In this document: piece by piece, positions 38,299-51,845 of the stretch
How the letters are laid out: every line of letters begins with the position of its first letter
Numbering within the stretch: the first letter of the stretch is position 1
DNA from: Raja brachyura
Lineage: Eukaryota
Length of the DNA stretch: 64,000 nucleotides
NCBI GenBank assembly: GCA_963514005.1
Contig: OY740814.1
Location: forward strand, 11,842,001 to 11,906,000
Reading direction: 5' to 3'
Position numbers and translations under genes: made by a program
Notes under the pieces: generated by a model
What the model was told of the DNA's origin: nothing
The model's input: the letters and a program-made list of their open reading frames with translations, nothing else
The model's database searches: none

Positions 38299-39967
38299 GG
38301 TCCATTCTTTGGAAAGTGAACCAAATTTGAAAAAAATGAAGTTTTTATTTAAATGTTTTCGTTGTATATTCATAAAGAGCATTGTCCAAAGTGAATAACA
38401 TTTTTTTGAATTAAGACCCCATTTATGCTCATTTGCATAAATTTACATATTACAATGAAAATAACATGTATTGTCCCGCTTTATTAGACAACTGTAAAAT
38501 TGTATCTAACATCTTCCTTTCTGTATTTTAATGTCATGATATGCTTGTCCATGTCCATTTTTAAATATTTAACTTAAAAATAATGGCTTTCATTCAATTA
38601 TAATGAAATAATTAACAAAGTTTAATTGACTTTAAATGTCACACACGTGACCGAAAAACTGCCATCTGAAAACCACAGCTTTGATATTCATTTTTCATGT
38701 CAAAAGCTAGCTTTATTGTGCCTTGCTTTTCACCGAATATGAATTCAATAAACTGTCAATTTTTAATTAATAAATAACTAATTAATTGGGCACACATGTG
38801 ATTGTGATTTCTGTACAGAGCACAATGCAGGACTGATGCAGTTGCTGATCAAACGAGTTTTGTGTTTCACCAAGAAAGTGGTTTGAGAAATAATGTTTTG
38901 CAGAAGTTGAATGCATGTGCTTGCATTTATGTTATAGTTCATCTCATACAATATGTATACACTGGATTGGGAGACATTATTAATGATTATTATATCAGTT
39001 AAACTGCTTCATTTTACCTGTATTGGGTATACATGTATTTCACAAATGCATCATTTAAATTACCTTCCATGAAATTGTAATCACTTCCAATCAGTATGTA
39101 TGTAACTGCACTTCTTCAATGTTTGTTTAAAAATACATGTGTTTGCATATAAGACCAGCAACAATATACTTTTTGTATGCTGAGGTACTTATAAGAGAAA
39201 ACGGTGAATGTATAAAGGCAGCATGGGAACTAAAACTTGTTAAATATATTTTCATGAACTCAAGGCTGAGTGTTTTAAGCAGAATATCCAAAGCAAACGT
39301 TGTAAACTTCATGTCAAACTCAGTATGAAGGTCATACATTTTCTTTCTTGGTATGAATAAACTTTGAAATAATAACACCTTTCTTCTTTTGTCTTTATTT
39401 CCAGGTTCAGAGACTCGCCCTTTACAATATCAGTAAAAATCATGAACAGCAATAACCAAATATAGTTATGTCTTGTTTAGTACCTGGTATCCACTACCCA
39501 CATGCTGCTGTATCTGTACATATCCCCTCCATACATGTCATGTCACACACGTGACCACCCCAGAAAAAAGGGCGTCAAACACGTGACCAGATGCCATCAC
39601 ATGCAGTAATATTTTTAAAAATTGTAAGAGATTAATCTTACTCATTGCTATTTTGCTACCTACAGAACGATAATGCATGTCTATCAAGATATGAACATTC
39701 TAGCTTTTTAAAATCAATCTGTAGAATAAAACTGAGTCATGAAAAAATTGCTTTGTGTGAGGTCACACATGACCAGTCGTATTTGACCTCTGACCCTCAA
39801 CAAACATTGTCAGCATAACATATAGAAAATTCACTTGATAAATTTTGAAAAAAATATGAATCATAAATACAATGCAAAACAATATACCTGTAACGCTTTC
39901 AGAATTCGAAGAGACGTATCCCACAATTTTGCATATGTTTGGTCACACATGTGACTAAGAATGGCCC
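38299..39967. mobile_element. Sola2-like DNA transposon derivative
   Basis: Termini GGTCCATTCTT / AAGAATGGCCC, 4-bp flanks AACT and AAAT, repeated internal GTCACACAYGTGACC motif. Confidence 0.6.
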
Positions 39968-40639
39968 AAATGGGTGTTAGTTTCTTGAGTCAGTTATCAT
40001 TGTTAGCTTGCAGAATATTTCCAGCATTTTTAGTTTTTATTTCAGATCTCTGGCAACTATAGTTTTCAATTTTCATCAATCATCTATCCTCTTTCTTATG
40101 GTATCATATTATATCTCATATAATTCTTCGTCTGAGGAAAATAACAAGGAAGCATAAATAATACTCAACTTTTTTAGAATTTGGGGCTGATTCTAGATTC
40201 TTATGACAGAGATATGCAACATTTTGAATTGAAGTCATTAATATCTCAGCTTCAGTGTGCACCTCCGCTACATACAATAGAGCTTAGTAATGATTACAAT
40301 TTCTTCACAATGTCTTTGATTTACCAATATACACAATTCACTAGTGGAATTCCTCCAAAGAATTGCATCTGCTTCTAAGTCACTCCCGAGAAACCTCTTT
40401 CTTTAAAGCTTTTAGTCAGATATTGCAAAATCTCCTTATGTAGCCTGGCTTTAAGTGTCCCGTGAAGTGTCTTGGAGTATTATACTGTGGTGAAACTCTA
40501 CTGCTGCCATTGTACTGATGCATGTTTCTGGCCAGCAGATTGTCTGTCTTTGATCATTAATAGTTTCACACATAGGAATCTAGATAGCTCTTGATCTTTC
40601 CCATCTCCAGGTGATCTTGGCTCAATAGTTATTTGAATC

Positions 40640-40945
40640 AAAAGGTTCATCATGGAATGCCAAATGAAAGAAAATCCTAAGGCTTTTTGTACGTATATTA
40701 AAAGCATCAGTAGCTATAGAGAAGGGAAGGACTACTCAAGGATAAAGGAGAGAATTTATGTCTAGAATCAGAAGATGTAGGAGAGGTGCTAAGCGAGTAC
40801 TTTGCATCTGTATTCACCAAGGAGAAGAACATGGAGGATAGTGAGATCAGTGTGGTGTATACCAATATGCTAGGGCAGTTCATGAGTGTGGAGGTGTTGG
40901 GTCTCTCAAAGTGTAAAGGTGGATAAATCCCCCGGACCTGGTTCC
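40640..40945 (+). mobile_element. CR1 LINE fragment
   Basis: KENPKAF, YFASVFTKE and VDKSPGP motifs. Confidence 0.8.
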
Positions 40946-42823
40946 CAGTGAAGTTATTGTGGGATATGATTTAATATAGTTTACTTATATTTACATGAAC
41001 TGTTTGGTGAATACTGATAACAGCAGGAATGTGGTGCTCAAGAAAATTGGATACAATGTATTCATAGTTAAGAATATAATTACTATATTTTGCCACAAAT
41101 GTTGCAGATTGTGAGAACAAATGTGAATAAAACGTAACGGTAGAAGTGAATCACAAGATTTTCAGTGCCTGGAGTGGATAGATTGTGATTCGTGGTGAAG
41201 ACTTAAGTAAACACAGCGATCATCAACTTTGTAGTTGGCTGAATTTACAATTGTATATTAATCTGAAGAGTTAACATCATGTGCTTTTCTGTACTTTCAA
41301 TGGGGTTTAACTACATTTTAAAGAGGGAACAATGTGGTGTATTTATGTATAAATAAACCTTTTTGAACTTACTATATTATGTGTGATGACTTAATACATT
41401 GTTGTACCAGACACTGCTATTAATTGAGAGTTTCGATTCCATCACTAAAATATATTCTGTTAATAGTTCTGCCCCTTGTATTTGATTTAGAGAGTGCGGT
41501 ATTAATGGCGCAATTCAGGTTTTTTCTAAACCAGCAGGGCATGGTCTCCATATTTTGTAAATAAATGATTATTTACACATGGAAGACAGTCATAAATCAA
41601 ATAAACCTGGAATAAAGTCAAATATGTGATCACATTTTATGCAACATGTATAGTTATGTATTTCTATTGCAAAATAATAAACATTTTATCACTATGAGAC
41701 CCTCTTGAGGTTTCTAAGGTTTATGCACTTGGACAACATATTCTATTTGCAATTTGTTCCATGTAATGCAAGACTGTTGGCAGTTTCTTTTTTAATATGC
41801 ACTACATATGTGTTTGCAGGTTGCCGACAGCTGGGCACTGCATTTTTCTGCTCTGCACCTGCATGTATAAGTACATACATAAACAAAAATAAATTAAATC
41901 TTATGCAGAGCAGTAAAAAATCCAACCAGCCATGAACCACAGGGGAACATGATGACAAGTGTTTAGCTGTAAACAAGCTTTAAAGGGATTTAATCCTTTT
42001 GACAAGTGCCCGTGATGGCATCTCATGCAGAGTCGGCATAAGCAGGAATTTGAGAACAAGCATCATTGAGGAATTTATTTTCAAACCAAAAACACAAACT
42101 TTTTTCCCTAAAAAGGAATAAAACAAATGGTTTCTTTGTTTAATTATAAATATTGGGGCATTCACATATGGCATGATCTTAAATATTTTTACCATCAAAT
42201 ATCAAACGAGTTCATCTTAATTAATCTAAACATTAAAGCAGTAGCAAGCAGAAATAAATTGATGGGTCTCTTCCCCTATCCCCTTGATGAAGAGATTTGC
42301 CTTTGTTTTTATGAGAACTGAAAGGAAGCAGATACAAATCAAATTGGACACATAATCATCAGAAGAAAAATCCATAAGTTTGAAATAATATTAGAGAAAT
42401 GTAAACCCCCTTTCATTAATGTCAATGCTATGTGGACCATTTATCTTTTCTGTGTCTTGTAGATTTAACCTGTGAAATTCGTCATTTTCCTTCACTCTTT
42501 CCCAAATGAACATTTAATGTTAACAGCTGGTGAAATTCATAAAGTGTAGTTGCACATCTAACGGGACTTCATTGCTCAGATACCTGTGATGTATTTCTTC
42601 ATCTATTACCTATGGTTCCCAGAGCTTGTTTCAAAATAATTTGCATGTCAGTCCATAAAATAAACTACCTAGTGATCACCACTGCATCCTCACTCCATTG
42701 CGGCTGTTATCTATTTCCATCTTTGCACATCCTTTATAAAATAAAGGAAATGCCCTGCTTTTTGGAATTTAAAACTTGATCAGAAATGGGAGCTATAACT
42801 AAAACTAACTGCTTCAAAACTAA

Positions 42824-42911
42824 GAAAGGTTTTGGCCCGAAACGTTGCCTATCTCCTTCGCTCCATAGATGCTGCTGCACCCGCTGAGTTTCTCCAGCAT
42901 TTTGCGTACCC
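42824..42911 (+). mobile_element. Short hammerhead-derived insertion
   Basis: Imperfect 15-bp TSD ctgcttcaaaactaa / ctgctcgaaaactaa; gaaaggttttggcccgaaacgttg. Confidence 0.8.
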
Positions 42912-44478
42912 CTGCTCGAAAACTAAATCTGGAAAGAGGATTTCTCAAAGTCCTGTATTGTTTAAATTATATATTAGAAACTAAATTCAAAACACTTGAA
43001 AATTATTAAAGGCAGAGCAAAAATTTGAAGCAAAGACAGAGACTGCTCTCCATTCACCCTGCCGACAATTGTCTGCAGTTGTCTGGATTCTACATAAAAT
43101 CATGGTATCTGAAGTCAGAGACTCAAGGAACTCAAATGCTGGTTTCAGGTCAAGAAATACCGAAGTTCTAGAACCAATCAGTCTAAGTCTTCAACTACTA
43201 ACTAATGGAAAGCCCATATAAGGAAACATAAAACGTTAAAAAATAAATTAGATTTAGTGAACCACAGAAAGTGAACATGTGAAGTAAATCAGAAAAGTAA
43301 AGGAAATATTTTTTTCCTCCATTATTGGGTGCATGGATGTTGTAAATTCCAGTTGTTCTCCTGGAGGCAAATATGTAATCATGAGTGAACTCTAGATCAT
43401 CACAAAGAATTTTGGTATCAATTTTATTTTGTTGTACATATACCCATGTTCCTTTGTTGCTACTTAAAGATTTTTTTTACATTTTCAATCGAAATGAAGG
43501 CATTGACATATACCACAATAAACCTCATGGGTGCTAGTAACCCTCCAGTTCATGTCAAGACTGGTGAGTCTTGCGTCTGTAACAATATTCATTTGCAGGA
43601 TCATCACACTCAAGCTTTATCGTGTCAAAATACATTTAGAAAGCACATAGTAATTATATCGATCATCTTCCTGTTCCTAACATACACACTGTGGACGATT
43701 CAGAAATTCAACATGCAATCTGTACACAAATAAAGCTAGCATTTGGATTAGAGACATCTTTGGCTCAGCGACAATCAGGTTACTCACCTGTTCAATTAAT
43801 GCACTGCACTTTTTAAACATTGAGCTAATGTTTGGCATGTAGATTTGAATGTAACTTGAATACAACACTGTTCCAGCTCGGTCAACAATCGCCTCCTCTG
43901 CTTTTTGAAATGCATTGATAGGGAAGGAACCATTTTTCACCACAGGTGTGATGGCTATGCTGGTTCAGGTTCTCTGACACTTACTCAACTATCGTGGCAG
44001 ATCATGACTTGGTGACACAGTGAATGTTAATACTACTTTTCTGTAAGTATCAGAACCGTCAAAGGCTTCTGCCAAATGACTCTTATTGTGTCAGATGTTT
44101 GATACATTAAAAATGTCAAATGACCATTAATTCTACAGCATATAAATGTATCTCTGCTTCCTTGCAAAGAAGGGAATAGCAATTCATATGACAACGGTTT
44201 TTCCCAAACATATTTGGGGGTACTCACCAGGATCCCTCAGGATGCCTGTGCTTTTTATTTGAGAATCCAACGTATTTAACAAGGTTTAATGCATAACATC
44301 ATCATTTTATTTTCTGGCTCCTATTCCCCATGATGTGCAAAGATTTTAATATATTTTTGAAATCATATTTTCATCATTGAATTAGGTATTTTATTTATTG
44401 AAAAAAAAGTTCATGGAAGAACAGTGGATGACCTACTCAGGTGATTGAATAGACTTTTTTCTTAATGCAGTGAAGTTC

Positions 44479-44993
44479 AGAAACATAAAAAATAGGTGCA
44501 GGAGTAGGCCATTCGGCCCTTTGAGCCTGCACCGCCATTCAATATGATCATGGCTGATCATCCAACTCAGTATCCCGTACCTGCCTTCTCTCCATACCCC
44601 CTGATCCCCTTAGCCACATCTAACTCCCTCTTAAATATAGCCAATGAACTGGCCTCAACTACCTTCAGTGGCAGAGAATTCCAGAGATTCACCACTCTCT
44701 GTGTGAAAAATGTTTTTCTCATCTCGGTCCTATAAGACTTCCCCCTTATCCTTAAACTGTGACCCCTTGTTCTGGACTTCCCCAACATTGGGAATAATCT
44801 TCCTGCATCTAGCCTGTCCAACCCTTTAAGAATTTTGTACGTTTCTATAAGATCCCCCCTCAATCTTCTAAATTCTAGCGAGTACAAGCTGAGTCTATGC
44901 AGTCTTTCTTCATATGAAAGTCCAGACATCCCAGGAATCAGTCTAGTGAACCTTCTCTGTACTTCCTCCACGGCAAGAATGTCTTTCCTCAGG
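44479..44993 (-). mobile_element. Young CR1 (HER1-like) LINE 3' end
   Basis: Intact ORF2 C-terminus LRGDLIETYKILKGLDRLDAGRLFP...FFTQRVVNLWNSLP and 3' stem-loop/tail. Confidence 0.93.
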
Positions 44994-45144
44994 AGTACAT
45001 TGTACATTCACAAGATTCAGTATTAACAGTGAATGGTGATGCACACAAGTTAAAGTAACATTTGCGCTTCCTCCTTCCCCAAATAGGTTTGGCTTCTGCA
45101 TCATTTCTTGAGGTTACAACGCTGACTTGTCAACCAGCACTTAT

Positions 45145-45172
45145 GCGCCACCTAGTGGGCAAATTACTGCAG
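45145..45172 (-). promoter_or_regulatory. Strong CTCF site with upstream module
   Basis: Reverse complement TGCAGTaatttgcCCACTAGGTGGCGC is the core consensus plus upstream TGCAGT module. Confidence 0.65.
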
Positions 45173-48100
45173 CTGCTGGAAACTACTCTGGTATACAAAT
45201 TGCTGGAGTAATTCAGCTCGTCAGGCAACATCTCCAGAGGACAGGGATAGGCGACTTTTCAGATCAGGACCATTCATTTGAAATTATTTTGTGATTAGTC
45301 TTTTGCTCAGTGCAGGGAAGAAAAGATCCAAAAAGAAGTTGGTGACAAAACAGGGTAGAAGCAGCCAATTATAATTATTTACATCCACCCCCCATCTCCC
45401 CAAAAAGGATCCTGCTCAGGAACCATATTCCTTAATGACAGTTGGAGATAATATTTTTTTTATCTGCAAGAGTTTTGTTTCCTAACAGTGCAAAAAATGG
45501 AAATGAAGTTAATTTGCACTTGCTGAAAAATGAATTATGCAATCTAGTATAATTAATCTGGTTATAGAAAGAATTTTATTATAAAGAAGTACATAAATCA
45601 GAGGAGCAGCAGGTTTAATTATTTTCCCCCAAGGACTGTGCTGAAATGTAGCCAATCACTGAGAAGCAATAGCTAAATACATTCATAAAGCAAAGACAGG
45701 CATCAGCTGCACAGTCTGGCTCCAATTTTCTAGTGGAAGGTGAAGTAAAAACTTGTCAGCCCACTATGCAACCTCTTAATCTCACTGTTTATTCCGGGCT
45801 TCATTAAAATCAATCTCCACTGTTTGGGCTGTCACTCAGGCCGAGCTCAGTGTCCTGCTGTCCACCTTCCCCTGAGAACATCCTTCATTCTGATAAATGG
45901 TCTGTTACTTGTACTGAGGCCGAGAGGAGAATGGTCTTGCAATTGAAGAGATGGAAGGGGACAGCTTCCCTCAAAAGTCCCTGAGTGGAATATGATAACA
46001 GTTTGTGGAGAAAGACCTGTCAGGCAGAAATAAGTTTGGTAACAACACGAAAATCAAATAATTGAGTCCTTCACTGCTGTAATAATGACACAGTGAAGCA
46101 GAACAAGAAGCACAGATGGCAAGTTCACTCCCAAGTTTGGTCTTGGGAGCACAGCACAGAGGTGAGATATCATGCATGAGATATATTAATAGAAAAACAA
46201 ACTAACAAAAACTGAAAACTGAAAGATTCCCTCTTGAGAAAATACAAACTAAAATTTAAAAAGTACGGTTCTCAGATATGAAATCAATATTATTTTTGCA
46301 AACAGAAGTCAATGGTTTCTTGCTTTAATGGATTTTGTGCACAAAGTCAGCCAGAATAGTTAAATAAAAAACAGAAGGTGCTAGAAATACTCAGTGGTCA
46401 GGCATTAACTATGTAGTTAATTAACTATGTAGTCAGAACCAGAATTAATTACTCTTTGGTAGTATTGGAAAGTTACAATCATTCAAATGTTAAGTAAGCG
46501 TAGACAGGGAAAATAAAGAAGAAAGATTAAAAAGATAGGGTGGAAGATAGAATGTTCAATTACTACAGGATAATAATGCAGGGTGCCACCTCTGAGTTCA
46601 ATTGAACTGGAGTCTGGATGGCATTGCTGTTTGATTTTTCACGGAACATATGCTCTGGTACTTTTTTAATACAATGTGTGTGCAATAGCAGTGATTTTTT
46701 GCCTCATCAAATGTGTTGTTTGCCTTTGAGACCATCAATGATCCTATTAAATATTTTATTATCAGATTAACAATAAAATTGAAAACCTGAAATAAAGATA
46801 GGAGCTGTTGTTAAACAGCACCTGTAAAGAGAAGATGATAGCTGGTAATCTCATGTTCACCTTACAGATCAGGCGAAGAAAGATGACATTACAAGAAGTA
46901 AGCAGTCAGGTACTGGAATCATATTTACTTCAGGAATGCTGAATGACGTTTATCATAATAGCAGATTCATTTGATAGCACCAACAATTGTTTAATTCCTG
47001 GGGTTGCTACAGCACCTGCCTCATCCTGAGTTTCCACACCCTTGGAAGCAAAACCTCTCTACTACAGCTTATGTTACGTTCTCTTTCCTCTTTCTCATTT
47101 ATTAATACATTCCTAATTCTTTTGAATGTTCTAAATAATTTCAAATATGGCATGTACTGTCCCTATCCTTGCACCCTCTCTGTATAGAAATCAACACTTG
47201 TTTCGCTGTGATTCAGCTTTCCTTAGCTTTGCGATGCTAAACTCATTTTCTTCAATCTTTTACATCTCCCATATGTCTGTTTAGTATCATTAAATCATAT
47301 TTACTCACTTTTACCTAATTTACCGTCCTATGAATAATTCTGATGCTTCAACTCTGATTCATAACAACTTTCTGCAGAACAGAGTATTGTTATGTCAAAG
47401 TTCTGGTCATTGTATTAAATAAGCCTTTGACTCTCTTCAGAAGAGAAGCAATTTTGCCATCAATTGTTCTGAATAGTCTAATAAAACCTTAGACCTTTAG
47501 AAGACACGGAAGAGGTAACATGAGTAATCTAGATAGACATTGTTCGGGTAGCTTATAAATGTCAGGCTGTGTCCTTTGCCCCCATTCTCCAAAACTGTTC
47601 GCCACAACTTGTTCTTTGGTTGAAAGTATCTGTTACGTCACAAACAATTTTGTTTCCAACAAGACTATTGATGAAATGCTCCAAATCAGGAAGAACATTA
47701 CAAATTGATTAATATTACTGCATCATCCAGAAGAAAAAGCAAAAGACAATAACAGCATTTCCCAGGAATAAAACCAGGACTGAGGAAGAAGTTTCACCAT
47801 TATCTACTTTATCGGATTACCATTCATATTTTGCTCCAGAGTGAATCGTTTAGTGGGTTATGATTTCTCCTAGACTGGGACAAGCCATAAGGACTACAAA
47901 CTTTATGTCAATCGGAATATAATTGTTTGACTTTATTTATTTTCTTCTTTTTGCCAGCTCTTCTGACAAACAAAAGATAAAGATGCAAAGTGATTTTCTT
48001 GTGCTATCACCAGTAACCAACTCCTTTCTGGTAGTTGGGTCAACATTTACTTTTCCAAATATACCTGGAATTATTTTTACATTAATTATAAAGCAATTAA

Positions 48101-48446
48101 ATAATTTTCATGTAAAAACACACACACACACACAAATACCATTGATCTCACATCCTAATTCCTGCCCTGCACAATAGATACAGATTCCAACTGTTGTCTT
48201 GTATATCTCAAACACATTTGCCTCTATTAATTAATACAAAGTATTTTAAGTTTTCTTTACTTCAATATACAAAACCCAGAGCATGGTTTAGCAAATTTGT
48301 AGCTGCAATCCACTTAGTCAACTTGAAATCAAACTTATACTTATTATTTTGGAATCTCTGGACAAAAAAAACTGCACCAAGACACTCGCAGTCTGCTATT
48401 TTTTTTTTGATTTTCTCCCAAGGCAGTCATCATGTACAAAAGCTTG

Positions 48447-48544
48447 GGGGTTACACAAAAAGCTGGAGAAACTCAGCGGGTGCAGCAGCATCTAAGGAGT
48501 GAAGGAGATAGGCGACGTTTCGGGTCGAGACCCTTCTTCAGACC
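48447..48544 (-). mobile_element. 98-bp insertion carrying an intact minimal hammerhead ribozyme
   Basis: 11-bp TSD ACAAAAGCTTG (48436-48446 and 48545-48555). Confidence 0.88.
48511..48544 (-). ncRNA. Minimal type I hammerhead ribozyme motif
   Basis: Minus strand GGU-CUGAAGA-A-GGGUC-UC-GACCC-GAAA-C-GUC-GCC: CUGANGA and GAAA core, stem II, palindromic ACGU stem III, GUC triplet, 3-bp stem I. Confidence 0.75.
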
Positions 48545-49649
48545 ACAAAAGCTTGATCATTCATCTTCCAGGTCTTCATGTCCCTCTCCAGCCATAATCG
48601 TGAGACTGGCCCTAGCTTTGGTAAAAATGTTGAATTATACAAGTAATTGCATTTGAATGCAGCCTGACCACAAATCCATATTCCTTGGCCATTTTACTTT
48701 GTCTAGCAGCAATCGCAGATGTTAAATGGGGGCTCTATTTTCACTCCTAGAGTTCTTTATAACCTCTCCCCAAACTCAAAAGTACTCATTAATTAAGGAT
48801 CTTGGCGATTTATTTATTCCATTGTATACAATGCTGAACTTGTGTGCATAGGTCTATATACTAGATTTGTCTGGAATTTTGTGTAATTCTTCATGTACCT
48901 TTTATTCTTCTTAAGTATTATTTCATCTCTTTATTTCACTATCAATTTCAATACAGGCAGTGCATTTCTGTCACCTGACCAAAACATTCAAAAGGTCCTT
49001 GTTTCAATCTATAGGCACTCAACTTGGTATATCACTACACTCCCTAATTAGTTCTATCAGATTGCTTTTGACCTATCAGATGTTTTTTTAAATTTAATTC
49101 ACTTCCACAATGTCATGGAGTTTTTAAAGCTTAATTTGGATATTACGTCCTCAGAAAGGTCAAGGAGATTGGTGAGACAAGTTCTATTTGTCTGTCACTT
49201 ACTAAATTTGTTACACAAAGATACTCCTTATCCTTGTTCCAAATGAAATCTATTTTTACAGTTCCTAATCTAAAATTGTTTAGTATATGATCTTTCCAGA
49301 AATTGAATTTGTTTCAAACCAGTAAAGTTGTGTGTTCTTTGACTGTCTCAAGGTGATTTTCCTTTAGTGAATGTCGAGTACTAATCAGATTCAGAACTTT
49401 GCGTGTTAAGGCAGGAATAGGATTTTGGGAATGCTAATGTTGATTTAATTGTGGAAAATTTAGAGAAAGAGTTTTGGTTTTGGTGAGCTTAAATTAAACC
49501 TTTCTAATTCAAATTCTGTGGACACTAAGAGTATTTCTTTTCAGCTGCTCCTACTTATGGTATCTTCCTGAATATTGTACATCTTTGTTAGAACAGCACA
49601 ACATTCCATTATAGCATAAAAGCACATAACCAGTGCAAATTTAATAATG

Positions 49650-50489
49650 TAGGTATGTTACAAAACTTACCTTTAGCGGCGCTGCAGTTCTGCCGCTGGC
49701 CATGTGCGCGCCTTTGGGGGGGGGGGGGGGGGGGCAGGGTTAAAATGCGGTTTTCCCCTTGCCATCCGAAATTATATTTTCTCGGAGTGCGAGCTTTTTC
49801 TGGAGATTCGTTCCGACTGCCGGTAAGTTAAATTTTTTTTTAAATCGCCTGACTAAGCGCTGCAGTAAAATAAAAATTAGCTCCTAATGCCGTGAACGCC
49901 GACAACGGGGACGGATTTTACGTAGCAAGCGATGGCCATTAATTTACGGGCATTAAACACTAAATTCCTTCAATTTGGCCTATAAATTAATGACAATTAG
50001 ATTTAAAAATCATGTTATATTGTGGATTCTTGTGTGAATGTTATTTGGACACTTAGGCTTTAAAAAAAAAGTTCATATTTTCTTAAGAAATGGATAGATG
50101 TTTAGATCTAGTAATTGAATTTTGTAATTTGCTACAATTGGGTAACTAACTAATTATATGCTTTAATTTCAGGTCATCCAAGTAAGATTGTTTCATATTT
50201 GTTTCAGAATGCTTCAATCTATAATAACTGAAAATGTCTTTCAGTTCTCTTAATTTTTAAGAAGGTTATGGGCTTTTGACTGTCCTCGATCACAACTTTT
50301 GTGTTAAGTCAATGGAAAAGCAATAGGGAACAAAATGCTAATTTCCGAGTATGGAAATGGCCATAACTTTTTTAATACTGAAGATATGAAAGTGAATTAG
50401 GTGTCAAATTAAACTTCTTTTTATGCTTTATCTGATGGGATAAATTACAGACTTGATTTTTAAAATCTCAAAATTTTGTAACATTGCTA
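49650..50489. mobile_element. Academ-like non-autonomous DNA transposon
   Basis: TIR TAGGTATGTTACAAAA / TTTTGTAACATTGCTA (TAG...CTA ends); flanks aatg and aata; CpG-rich left half. Confidence 0.65.
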
Positions 50490-51571
50490 AATAATTGTCT
50501 CTATTGCATTGAATAAAATACTGGAGTATTGAATGTTTTTTGTTACTATTTGAAATTGCTTGTTTTCCCTAATAGTACAGTGTCCAAATATTACCTCTTT
50601 CTTTTGTTTCTGCTTTGATATAAATAATTAAAACCAACTTCCTGCAACAACAGGTTATATTCCTGTTATGGAATGCTCAAAGGCACAATTACTCTTCCAT
50701 TTTCAATATGACTGATTACAGTTATTCAAACAACCTTATTAATTTAATCAAAGCATAGTATATACTGCATAAAGTTAAGGGACATGTTCTGCTTATGACA
50801 AATGTTTTACTTCCCACAGATTTAGATGTTACACCTTATTTTGACCTATTTGAACTTTGCAAACGAGAAAGGCGTTTTCAAGGCATCTATCCCAATTACA
50901 CACAATTGGATTAAAAATGACAAATTTTCTTAGTTTCTTTCAATAACCTTACGTCTTCTGTCATGATGTCGAACGAGCAAGGAAGTAAATAAAATAGATG
51001 GTGTAAGCAGAAGCTTAAAATCAGAAGAAGCTGAAAATATTTTGATCCATGCATAGGCATCTATATACAGAGAAACATAGTTTGAGAGTGATAACTTTTC
51101 TTCAGATCAAATTTACTTGAGCATGTATTGGAAAGAGTTACAAAGCAATATTATCCAAAATACAACAAACGGGAGAAATACAATGGAACACACAGAAGGA
51201 ATCCCTTCTACATCATTCATTTTGTCATTTACTCTCTCCTAGCATTCACCTAACACCAACATTTGCTTTTGTTTTATTCTTTATTTTGTCTATGTTTGCA
51301 GCCACTTGCTCAAAATTATTCAATTTACCAGTTCTGATTAAAAATTATAGACTAAAAATATTAAGTTTGATTCTCTTTCCATAGTGTCTGACCTATCGAA
51401 TAGGTTCAGCATTTTTTCATTTTATTACAGGTATAGGCTTTTCTTTGCGCAAACCTTTCCATTTAATGTACAAAATATTTTGAATGAAAGCTAAGATTCA
51501 GAACGAAACTCACTGCTTTTGCGGTGGATACAAATTATAAAAGATCGATAAATGTAGTTGCTGGATCATAT

Positions 51572-51845
51572 TTTAGTTTAGTTTAGTTTTAGTTTAGAGA
51601 TACAGCATGGAAACAGGCCCTTCGGCCCACCGAGTCCGCACCGACCGGCGATCACCCTGTACACTAACACTATCCTACACACTAGGGCCAATTTACCATT
51701 CTTACCGAAGCCAAGTAGCCTACAAACCTGTACACCTTTGGAGTGTGAAAGGAAACCAGAGCACCCAGAGAAGATCCACTTGGTCTTGGGGAAAACGTAC
51801 AAACTCCATACACACAGCTCCCGTAGTCAAGATCGAACCCAGGCT
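51572..51845 (-). mobile_element. V-SINE (HE1-like)
   Basis: (TTTAG)n tail, CR1-like 3' end, reverse B box gatcgaaccc. Confidence 0.85.

Noticed and set aside
38638-39956. Dispersed palindromic repeats considered as a CRISPR-like array
   Set aside because: Irregular spacing, eukaryotic context, no cas genes; better explained as transposon internal motifs.
49716-49734. Poly-G tracts (also 61895-61915) as G-quadruplex candidates
   Set aside because: Homopolymers inside repeats, length-unstable and error-prone; no independent support for function.
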